Assembly: GCA_002104945.1 (NCBI GenBank)
Contig: MCFH01000006.1
Location: 930,001-994,000 of the forward strand
Length of the DNA: 64,000 nt
Source: Piromyces finnis finn
Taxonomy: Eukaryota; Fungi; Neocallimastigomycota
Direction: 5' to 3'
Part shown: piece after piece, positions 51,187 to 62,100 of the stretch
Layout of the letters: every line of letters starts with the position of its first letter
Position numbering within the stretch: the first letter of the stretch is position 1
Made by a program: the position numbers and the translations under genes
Notes under the pieces: generated by a model
Databases searched by the model: none
The model's input: only the letters and a program-made list of their open reading frames with translations
What the model was told of the DNA's origin: nothing

Positions 51187-53147
51187 TTATTGTTATTATC
51201 AATTATATAATAATTAAATGAAGTAGAAAAATTCACTCTTCTTTCTTATACACTCTCATTAAAGTTTAAATATTTTTATTATTAAAAAAAATAATAATTA
51301 TCTATTAAAAAAATTATAAAAAAACTCTTAGGAATCTGACAATTTCCCATTTGCATTTTTTCTATTAATTACTATAATTTTTAATCCAAGAATAATAAAT
51401 CATAAATCATAGCTGTAATATTGTTAACTAAATAAGATATTTAAGATTATATAAATTAATGGATTTTAGAATCATATTAAAGAATATTTTTTAAAGAAAA
51501 AATATGTTTTATTGTTTGAAAGTTTAATTTAAAACGTTTTTTTTTGTGTAACCAAAATTTTCCATTATTTTATAAAAATTTTACACAATATCAATATTAA
51601 TAATTTGTTTGTTTCTTCTTCTTATATTTAAAAAAATAGCATTGAATATTTATATAACAAATATTTGAAATAAATTAAAAATATATATAACCGAATTTAG
51701 TTTTCATAAATTATGATAACTTACAATTATTATGGTAATTTTTTCTGGCTAATATTTGTGAAATGAATTCACTAAATTATAAATTCAAAAAAAAAAAATA
51801 ATAATAATTATAAAAATAAATATTTAAATTTATGTATTTTTGTCCTTATTAGTATTCTATAAAATTTTGTTAATACTAGAAATAGTCAAAAATTAAGCTA
51901 AATCAGAAAAAAATATAAATATTTATTTACATTTACTATTGATAATGTCAGTTAAAGAACCATAATTAAAAATATATATTATAATTAATGGGAAAAAATG
52001 TTAAAAATTTAATTTCCTAAATGTGATCAGTAATAAAATTCATTTAACAAAAATGTAAAAAAAGAATTTTGAAAAATACTATAATTATATAATTAAAAAA
52101 ATTATATTAATTATAGTTATAACAAATATTACTATAATTTAAAAATTTATAATAATTACTATAGTTTTATATTTATTTATTAATTATACTTTGTAATTAA
52201 AATTTTAAAATATTTATTTTAATATTATATTTAGCAATAAAATTATTTATTATAAATATTTTCATTTAATTAAATAATACATATAATAATACTACACTTA
52301 ATATTAGAATACTTTATTTTTTCACTAATAATATAAAATAAAAAGGATTTTAATGGAAGTTGATACTAAAATACTTTATTCTTGTTAAATATATATACAA
52401 AATGTATTTTTTTTTTTAATGGAAACATTTCATACACGATATATAAAAAAGAAAAAAAAAAGAATAAAAAATTAATATTATTATTATATTAATTTATTAA
52501 TGAATTAATAAATACGGTAAATTATATTATTATTAATGCCTATAGACACATTTCTAAAAAGGATAAAAATTAATATTATTATATATTAAAAATATATATT
52601 TTAATTTATTTTTAGATTAATAATATTTATAAATAAAATGTCAAAATATAATAATTAAAATTTAAATGCAAAAAGTCATAAAACAAGTTTTAAATTAATA
52701 CTGCTTATCAAAGAAATTATACACGTTTTGATAAACATAACTATAACTTTATTTCAAACATTTCCTTCTAAAATTATATAAATTTAAATTAAAAATATGA
52801 AGATCGCAAAATACTTAAAAAGTATTGGTTAATTCAATTATTTTTATAATATTTTATTAGAAATTTAGAGATCTTCATTTTTATTAATCTAAAATTAATT
52901 AAAAATAAAATTAATTATAAATTTTATTATTATTAAAATATTTATTTTAACTTTTATTTGTTAGTTTGTTTTAATAAACATTTTCATATTAATAAATATT
53001 TTCATATAAAAAGAGACTTTTCTCTTTTTTTTAAAAGATAATCAACAAATAACATATTAAATATATTGATTATATTTTAATATATTTTGTTTGCTGGAAC
53101 AAACTTTAAATTTTATTAATAAAACAATATAATTTTAAAATTTTAAA

Positions 53148-55445
53148 ATGCCATCTATTAGATCTGCTATTGCTCTTCTTGGTGCTTCTGCCGTTATGGC
53201 CGCTCCAATGAAGCGTTCTGGTGCCTCTCAAAAGTTCGCTGAACGTGCTATGGACCACTACAACATCATTACTGGTAATGGTTCATACCAATCTGAATAC
53301 TTCTCACCAGAAAACGTTCCATACCACTCTATTGAAACTCTTATGGTTGAAGCTCCAGATCACGGTCACGAATCCGTCTCTGAAACCTACTCCTTCTGGG
53401 TTTGGTTAGAAGCTGTTAACGGTAAGCTTACTGGTGATTACTCTGGTGTTGAAACTGCCTGGAGCTACTTAGAAAAGCACTTAATTCCAGACAGCAAGAA
53501 CCAACCAGGTATGAGCAAGTACAACACTTCCTCACCAGCTACCTATGCTCCAGAAAGTGATGATATTGAAGACTACCCAGCCAAGCTCGAATTCGTCAAC
53601 GGTGTTGTTGGTGAAGATCCAATTGCCAAGGAACTTTCCCAAGCCTACGGTAACTGGGATATCTACGCCATGCACTGGATTATTGATGGTGATAACTGGT
53701 ACGGTTACGGTCAACAAGGTGATGGTAAGTCTAAGCCATCCTTCATTAACACCTTCCAACGTGGTGCTTCAGAATCTGCCTGGAAGACTGTTCCACACCC
53801 ATGTTGGGAAACCATGAAGTGGGGTGGTAAGAACGGTTTCTTAGATCTTTTCACCTTAGATAACTCCTACGCTAAGCAATGGAGATACACTGCTGCTCCA
53901 GATGCCGATGCTCGTGCCATTCAAGCCGCTTACTTCGGTTGGTTATGGGCTGATGAAGATGGACAAGATCTTTCATCTGTTGCCAAGAAAGCCTCTAAGC
54001 TTGGTGATTACTTACGTTACGCTCACTACGATAAATACTTCAAGAAGATCGGTAACTGTGTTGGTTACGACAGATGTTCTGCTGGTTCTGGTAAGAACTC
54101 AGCTCACTACCTTATCTCCTGGTACTTCGCCTGGGGTGGAGGTTTACAAGGTGACTGGTCTTGGAGAATTGGTTCTTCCCACACTCACAGTGGTTACCAA
54201 TCCCCATTAGCTGCCTGGATTCTTTCTACTCAATCTGCTTTCAAGCCAAAGTCTGCTACTGGTGCTAAGGATTGGGCTACTTCCATGGACCGTCAATTAG
54301 AATTATTCAGATGGTTACAAACTCCAGAAGGTTGTATTGCTGGTGGTGCCACTAACTCATGGCAAGGTCACTACGCTCAACCAAGCAGCGACATTACTTC
54401 CTTCTACGGTATGTGGTACGACTGGCAACCAGTTTACCACGACCCACCATCCAACAACTGGACTGGTATGCAAGGTTGGGGTATGGAACGTGTCTGTTCC
54501 ATGTACTACCTTTCTGGTGATGAAAGAGCCGGACTTGTCTGTCAAAACTGGGCCAAGTGGGTTAAGGACAATGTTCAAATTAGTGGTAACGAAGTTATTC
54601 ACGCCACTAACTTAGCCTGGTCTGGTAATCCAGATGAATGGAAGTCCTCCAACTTCAACAAGAGCAACCTTAACAGATCCCTCCACGGTACTGTTTCTGC
54701 CACTGGTATTGATCTTGGTACTCTTGCCTCTATCATGAAGGCCTTAATGTGGGTTTCTATGAAGGACGGTGATGATGAAGGTCTTTCTCTTGCTGTTAAC
54801 GTTATGGAAGTCCTTGAAAACTACAAGGATGATCTTGGTTACGCTACCTACGAAGAACGTCTTGACTACGCCAACTTCGGTCAAGAAACTTACATTCCAT
54901 CTGGCTGGAGTGGTAAGAACGCTCAAGGTGCCAACATTAAGAGCGGTGCTACTTTCATTGACATTCGTCCAAAGTACAAGGAAGATCCAGATTGGGCTCA
55001 AGTCGAAGACTTCCTCAACGGAGGTAACCCACCAGCCTTCACTTACCACAGATTCTGGGGTCAAACCGAAATTATGGTTGCCAATGGTCTTATTGCCATT
55101 TACGACTTAGGTAGCTACTCCAACGGTGGTAGCAGCAGTGGTAACAACAACAGCAACACTGGTAGCAGTGGTAAGTGCTCAGCTTCTATCATGAGCCAAG
55201 GTTACAAGTGCTGTTCCAAGAACTGCCAAGTTGTTTACACTGATGCTGATGGTGACTGGGGTGTTGAAAACGGTCAATGGTGTGGTTGTGGTGGAGCCTC
55301 TACTCCAGCTGCTAAATGTAACGCTAATGTCATTGCCCAAGGTTACAAGTGCTGTTCATCCTGCAGTGATGTCTGGTACACTGATGCCGATGGTGACTGG
55401 GGTGTTGAAAACGGTAACTGGTGTGGTATGCCATCCAACTGTTAA
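53148..55445 (+). CDS. cel48A: GH48 cellobiohydrolase with two C-terminal fungal dockerin (NCDD/CBM10-like) domains; cellulosomal enzyme
   Basis: Signal peptide. GH48 motifs: VPYHSIETLMVEAPDHGHESVSETYSFWVWLEA, MHWIIDGDNWYGYG, INTFQRGASESAWKTVPHP, QWRYTAAPDADARAIQA, GYQSPLAAW, YHRFWGQTEI. Two repeats of C...GYKCC...VYTDADGDWGVENG.WCG follow an S/G/N linker. Confidence 0.97.
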   Translation: MPSIRSAIALLGASAVMAAPMKRSGASQKFAERAMDHYNIITGNGSYQSEYFSPENVPYHSIETLMVEAPDHGHESVSETYSFWVWLEAVNGKLTGDYSGVETAWSYLEKHLIPDSKNQPGMSKYNTSSPATYAPESDDIEDYPAKLEFVNGVVGEDPIAKELSQAYGNWDIYAMHWIIDGDNWYGYGQQGDGKSKPSFINTFQRGASESAWKTVPHPCWETMKWGGKNGFLDLFTLDNSYAKQWRYTAAPDADARAIQAAYFGWLWADEDGQDLSSVAKKASKLGDYLRYAHYDKYFKKIGNCVGYDRCSAGSGKNSAHYLISWYFAWGGGLQGDWSWRIGSSHTHSGYQSPLAAWILSTQSAFKPKSATGAKDWATSMDRQLELFRWLQTPEGCIAGGATNSWQGHYAQPSSDITSFYGMWYDWQPVYHDPPSNNWTGMQGWGMERVCSMYYLSGDERAGLVCQNWAKWVKDNVQISGNEVIHATNLAWSGNPDEWKSSNFNKSNLNRSLHGTVSATGIDLGTLASIMKALMWVSMKDGDDEGLSLAVNVMEVLENYKDDLGYATYEERLDYANFGQETYIPSGWSGKNAQGANIKSGATFIDIRPKYKEDPDWAQVEDFLNGGNPPAFTYHRFWGQTEIMVANGLIAIYDLGSYSNGGSSSGNNNSNTGSSGKCSASIMSQGYKCCSKNCQVVYTDADGDWGVENGQWCGCGGASTPAAKCNANVIAQGYKCCSSCSDVWYTDADGDWGVENGNWCGMPSNC

Positions 55446-55649
55446 ATTATAAATAATTATAATTTAATATAAAAATGCGAATGAAACTATCAAATTTTAA
55501 AATTATTAAAAAATTGTAGTAAAAAATATAAAAAACGAGTTACAAATAAAATAAAATAAATAAAAATATTATATTTAAAAAAAATTTTTTTTGTATATTT
55601 ATTTTAAATCTTATTTTTTGTAATTTATTTCAAAATGTTTTAAAATATT

Positions 55650-58330
55650 AGTATTTTAAGAAGATTGGAAGTATGTTTATATATTTTAATAGGTAATAAA
55701 TTTTTAAAAAAATTGTTAGTACATAGGAAACAAGAATAATATCTATTGAATTAAAACAAGATGTCAGGCTATGAGTAAATGAAGGATCATAATTTTAAGA
55801 AGTCCCGGAAAACTGCAAAAATTGGAAAAGATACTTTATTGCTCAACCAATTAAAAATTTACTAGAATACATTATACCCAATTTTTATTCATTCATTTAA
55901 ATATTTTAATATTTTTTTTTTTTTTTTTATTTTTATTTTTAATTTTTTTATATATTATGAATTATAATTTTTATTAAATTAATAATAAAGTTTAAAAATG
56001 TTTGATAACGTTAAAAAAAAAAATAAAAAAAAAAAATAATTAAAAATAATAATTGTGATTCAGTTGTTGCTACGAAAAAACAAATAGAGGTATGGTATGA
56101 TCATTTCGAAAATCTTGCATCTGATTCAAGTGGTGTAAGTCTTGATTTGGAGCATTAGTATGAAGAACCAACGAATAAGCGTTTTTCACTCCCTACGTTT
56201 GATGAATGGGATATCAACCAAGATATTAGTATTGATGAAGTCAAGTCAGTTATCCTCTCTACTCCAAATTATAAAGTATCAGATCCAGATGGTATTCCTT
56301 CAGATAATGATAATTATTATACTTGGTTTTCGAAAAAAAGGAAGAAAGTACCAGTCTTTTCATTTTAATTCAGAAAATATGCCGTAAACGTCAATTAGAT
56401 AATAAAGAAACATATTTAACCTTTTTAAATCTCAGGAAAGCATATGATCCAGTCCCAATCGGTAATATTCTCCATAAATTAGATTGTTTAGTAATCAGAG
56501 GTATGAGTTTACAATTTATCAAAAATTCATATTTAACATCTAAGACTAATGTCAAATTAGATGGACAATTCTCAAAATCTTTTTATGTGAAGAAAGGAGT
56601 CCGTCAAAGTTGCCCACTTTCTCTTATTCTCTTTAATCTCTTTATTAATGATATATTTAGAGAGTGCTATGATCTCAAGGTTAATTTAGGAGGCATTCGA
56701 TTCTATGGTGGACTTTTCGCAGACGATATAGTTATTTGTGCTCCATCAAGAAGATGCTTAAAAAAGATGCTAAAAAGAGTTAATGAATGGGCTTTGTATA
56801 ATGAAATGGAATTTAGTATCCAGAAATATTCAACAATGGTAATTTTCCCTGAATCATTAGAAAATCAAAGCAAGAAAGATCCAACATTTTACTTAACAGG
56901 AAAACTCATTCCAACTACTGATTGCTACACTTATCATGATGTTCCATTTGATAAGAATTTATCTCTCAAACCAGTTATTAAAGCTCTTAATAACAAGGTT
57001 TTGAAAGGACTTTTCTCGATCAGTAAATTCTTAAGAAATCCTAACATTCCTATTCCTTTCAAAAAACCAGCACTTAACTCACAAGTGGTCAGCAGAATTT
57101 CATACTTTGCACCATTACTTGGATCCAACAAAGCTACGTCTAGGATTGCTCAGAAGTATATTAACAAAGAAGTACGATTGGTTGCAGGAGTTCATAAAGC
57201 TGTATCATTTATCTCTATACTCTATCTCAAAAGATTTGAATATCCCTCCATTATCAGCCAAATGCGCATTAGCTCAGGTTAGATGTTTTAACAAATGAAA
57301 AAAAAGATTTGAATATTCCTCCATTGTCAGCCAAATGCGCATTAGCTCAGGTTAGATGTTTTAACAAATGAAAAACTCAAATTGCATTATCTCATACCTT
57401 GTCAATTACATTCCTAAATTTAGAAAATATACATGGTGCAAATCAAGTAGGACACTTGATAAAAAATTAAAGAAGCATGGAGATGTTAAAGCAGTTAAAA
57501 TTTTTTATTGGAAAGATCTCAAAGGGAATTCAATCAAAGCGCAATATTATGATGATAATAAATATATTGAAACTAAAGATTTTATTAAATTATATTATGA
57601 TTACCCAGAGTTTGTCTATGGTTTCTACTGGCTATTAAAAGCAAGAAGCGGATACAAGTTGGATGTTAGAGTTGTAAAGCTGCTAAATTTGTTGATCCAG
57701 TTTGTCCTGAATACTGTCCATGTTACAAGAATAGAGATCAAAGCATTAAGCATTGGTTATTAGATTGTCCAACTTTTAGAAACATCCATATTAAATATTA
57801 CAATTCCAACTATTAAATCTTTTCAGTCAACGTAATTTCAACAGTCCTATCAATAGTAATGAAAATGTTAATATCAGTAGAGATAGCAATAATAATAATA
57901 GTAATAATAATAGTTGTAGCAGCAAAAATAATAATAGCAATAGCGAAGAAAATAATTCTAATTTAGATAGTTGTTTGTTAATAATAGTAATAGATCTAAT
58001 AATCTGGCGAATATTAATGTGCATTATTATCATAGTGTGTTTAATAAAATATTTAAATTCCTTCTTTGGGGAAGAAGTTTTAATAATACCAATTCCAATT
58101 CAAGGGAATGGAAAAAACTTTGCAAGTGTCATATTCAATAAGGCACTTACGAAGGAACATCATTTTTGACAGTAACAGCGGAACTTCTAACCAAAATCAT
58201 GCCTTTTGATATTGACCATCAATGGTCAATATTCAAAAAGTTTGAAGCAACATCCAAAAACGTCAATGCTGAAGAAACAGTAAGATAGGCCAAGAGGACC
58301 AGCGCAATCAATGGAGATCATAAATTTGTC
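55650..58330 (+). mobile_element. Decayed non-LTR (LINE-type) retrotransposon ORF2 fragment
   Basis: Motifs: VWYDHFENLA; PDPDGIP; TYLTFLNLRKAYDPVP; GVRQSCPLSLILFNLFIND; GLFADDIV; a C-terminal C..C...H...C region (CPEYCPCY...IKHWLLDCP). There are multiple frameshifts and stops and an internal deletion. No endonuclease or ORF1 is seen. Confidence 0.9.
57231..57376 (+). repeat. 73-bp tandem duplication inside the LINE relic
   Basis: aagatttgaatat(c/t)cctccatt(a/g)tcagccaaatgcgcattagctcaggttagatgttttaacaaatgaaaaa occurs twice, with two substitutions. Confidence 0.95.
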
Positions 58331-58860
58331 CCATGATATTTTGATTTTTTGCTCGGTGTCCCATTGGAAGTCAACTAAAATTATTATACTTTAGTATAAT
58401 AGTGGCTTTCTTACTTTAATTGAAATTACTAGTATTTATTATACCCAATTTTTATTCATCTATATTTATTTAAACATATTCTTTTAATTTTTATTTTTTA
58501 TTTTTAATTTTTTTTTTTTATTTTTTTTTTATAACATGTATTACATTTTTAATTAAATTAATAATAAAAGTTTGTTAAAAAAAGTAAAATAAAAAAATAA
58601 ACACACTAGTAATGATAACAATAAGGATAATAAATAATTATTATAATGGTGATAATAATGTTGAAATATTTATTCAAATCTTTTTTTTTTTTTTTTTTAA
58701 CATTATTATGAATAAATATTTCAACATTTAAAAATATATATTGAATTTATTGATACTTTTCATATATTCATTAATTTACTTTTTAAAATTTTATAGGTTT
58801 CACAAACATTTAATTTTTATATAAAAATAATTAAATTTATGGGGAACTAGAATTACAATA

Positions 58861-59095
58861 TGTGAAAATAAAATACATTACAAAATAATATTTTATGTAT
58901 TTTTTATGTATTTGTATTTTATAAAATTATAAATTAATATTGTACTACATTTTTATTCTTTGGTTATTTTTTAATAAAAAGATTTTAAGAAAGTTACAAT
59001 ATTTATATTATAAAATAAATATAAATAAATAAAAGATTATAAAAACCCAAATAGTTTTATAAATAAATTTAAGTGTAAACTAAATTTATCTGACA
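58861..59095 (+). repeat. Probable 5' LTR of the copia element (TGT...ACA, about 235 bp)
   Basis: The 3' end (..tgaca) is fixed by the adjacent PBS. The 5' end at TGTGAAA is inferred; the 3' LTR is outside the window, so it cannot be confirmed. Confidence 0.55.
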
Positions 59096-59109
59096 GATTA
59101 AGAGTCTCA
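59096..59109 (+). promoter_or_regulatory. Primer-binding site complementary to the anticodon arm of tRNA-Lys(CUU)
   Basis: GATTAAGAGTCTCA has reverse complement TGAGACTCTTAATC, which matches positions about 27-40 of a typical eukaryotic tRNA-Lys(CTT) (..TGAGA-CT-CTT-AA-TC..). It lies directly after the LTR-terminal CA. Confidence 0.75.
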
Positions 59110-62100
59110 ATTGCTCTTATATTTAAGTAAGTTTTTTTTTAATATGTCAAAAAGAAAATCTAACGGAGATACTGGATCAATTCCTATATTCGATCCTACC
59201 GTTATGCTAGGAAAGGTCACTTATGAATTGAACAATAAAAATTTCATAACGTGGCAAATGTTTATGAGGAATATTTTAAATTATTATGGTCTTGAAGATT
59301 GGGTTGATGAAAACAAAACCCCAAAGATCAAAAGTGACGAAGGAATGGATATCGACGGAGAAGAATATCTAAAGGCACCTTTTGAAATCAATACCTACTA
59401 TGATAAGAACGTAACCGAAGATGACTTAAAAACAGATAGGAATATCCAATTTTTAATTAGGTATACTTTAGGCCCAAACTGCCAACAAGATATCCAAGAT
59501 AGGTCTTTAACAAGCTACGAAATGTGGAAACTATTAGAAGACATTTATTTAGGGGATAAAATAGAAAGAAAGAATAGGCTTATTAAGGAAACAAACTCCT
59601 TAAAATACGACCCGAAAGAAAGTTTCTCAAGATTTGTAAATAAGTTAAATTCCAACTTTAATAAGTTAGAACAACTAAATGTGAAAATAGATGATGAAGA
59701 AAAAATTGGTTTACTGTATCAAGCCTTACCAGAAAAATATAGGAAAGTCACAGTCCTTAAGCATGAAGACTGGGAAGAATGCAAAAAAGGACACAGCAAG
59801 AATGATAGATAAGATGAACAAATTTGATCCGAAAGAGAAATCTGAAACCTTCGGAATTAGACATATCTTTAGTGTTGAAGGTAGTTACAAAGGTGATAAA
59901 AGAAAGGAAAGTACTAAATACTACCGCAACAAACAAAGTAATAATCATAATAAAAATACAAATAAAGGAAAAGAAAAGTCCAATGAAGAAAGAAATTGGA
60001 ATAACAAAAATAAACAAAACATTACATGTTATTTTTGTCATCAAAAAGGACATACTGTAAAACAATGTCGTATTCAAAAAGAACTTTCAGAAGAAGTTAC
60101 AAGAAGGCTAAGAAAAGAGAAAAATAAAGGCAAGGAAGCATTTTTAGCAACAGGTGAAATAGTAAATAAACAAACCACTGAAGACTTTGAACCAGAAGTT
60201 GGATATCAAGATTTGTTTACAGTTGATTACAATACATTATTTGACAATAACAATGATGAATGTAATAATAAATCATGCAATTACGTATCTTGTGAAAATG
60301 TACCTACAAGTTTTACTACATGGACTTTAGATTCTGGTGCTTCTAATCATATTACCAAAGATATAGGAATTCTCAAAAATGTTTTTGAACATGTAGAACC
60401 AATCAATTATGCAAATGGAGCGACTACAAAGTCAACACATATGGGTGAAGTAAATGGATCTATTAATGAAGAACCAATAAAATTAGAAGATGTAATGTAC
60501 ATCCCAGATGTAAAACGAAATTTAATTTCTGTTGCCAAGTTAGTTAAAAGTGGCTACCAAATAATCTTTGATGAGAAGAACAATAATGTATTTGCATATA
60601 TAAAAGATAAGAAAACAGATAATGTATACGAAGTTAAAGCAAATGAATATGATGTATTCAATTTGTACATCAAAGAAGGTAATGTAGTTAATAATTACTC
60701 AATGTGCGATAATGTACGAAACAATGGTGAATACTGGCATAGAAGAATAGGGCATCTGAATTTCAACAATAATGATGAAAAGAACAATATTCACAATTGT
60801 ACAATATGCATGAGAAGCAAAATGAAAGAAATCCCTCATAAAAGGTCAGATAGTAGAGCATCAAGTGTTTTGGAACTAGTACACATCGATTTGGTAGGTC
60901 CAATCACACCATCAATTCATGACAACGTATACTTTTTAAGTATCTTAGATGATTACAGTCGATATGGATGGGTAATATTTGTCAAGAATAAAAGTGATGT
61001 TTTCAAAGAATTTGGAAATTGGCTGAATAAAACTACTAATGAATTATCATCCAAAGTAAAATATCTTAGAAGCGATAATGGAACTGAATTCACTTCTAAT
61101 AACTTCAAGGAGTTATGTAACGAATATGGAATAACTCAACAATTCACCGTCCCTGGAAATCCGGAGCAGAATGGAAGAGCAGAAAGATTCAATGGAAAGT
61201 TAATAAAAACTGCTACTGCAATGTTAATGGACGCAAGGTTATGTCGTCGCTTTTGGGAAGATGCTGTGAAAACAGCGAACTATGTTCATAATCGAGTTCC
61301 GCACAGTGGAATTAATGGTGAAATACCATTTGAATTAATGTACAACAGAAAAGTTGATTATAAAAATTTAAGAGTATTTGGATGTAAAGTGTATTATTTA
61401 GATGACAGTAACATTCCAAAATTTCAAGACAAAACTAAGGAGGGAATCTTTATCGGATATGATGAATCTTCAGTAGGATACAGAATATTCGACATAAAAT
61501 CAAGGAAAATTAAAGTGAAAAGAGTCGTAGGTTTTTTAGAAGAAGAACCTGGTGACTACAATTATAATTTAGAAAAAGAAAATAATAATGAAACATATAG
61601 TCAAGATACAGAAACTTTTCAAGTAAGGAACTTTAATTATATGTATGATAAAGAAAATGAAAACAATAACAATAAAGACAAAAAAGAAAAGGACATTTCA
61701 AATGAAAATGATAAATTAATGAATGAAAACCTAGAAACACTCAATGATAAAACTAGTAATAAAGAAGACTTAAAAGAAGTAAATTATGAAGAAAAATTTA
61801 GAAATATAGAAGAAAAGCTGGATAAGCTCACGTCACTATTAAATAAAGAAAAAAATAATAGTTCTGAAAGTTTTATGCAAGTCTGCGAGGACACTAATGA
61901 TAGTAATATGAGTATAGAAGACTCAGAAGAAGAAGACTTAAATCTCTTAGACTATATTAAACTAAAAGAAAAGAAAAAAGAACGTTTGAACAAAAATAAT
62001 TACCAGAAAATTGAAGGAATGGAAGAAAATAAAGAAATTAAAATAAGTACTTCAATGGAATCTGTAAGTGAAACCAATAAAGAAAAAGAAAACAATAATG

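Noticed and set aside
53221-55452. Multiple alternative-frame ORFs within GH48
   Set aside because: By-products of strong codon bias, which reduces stop codons in other frames.
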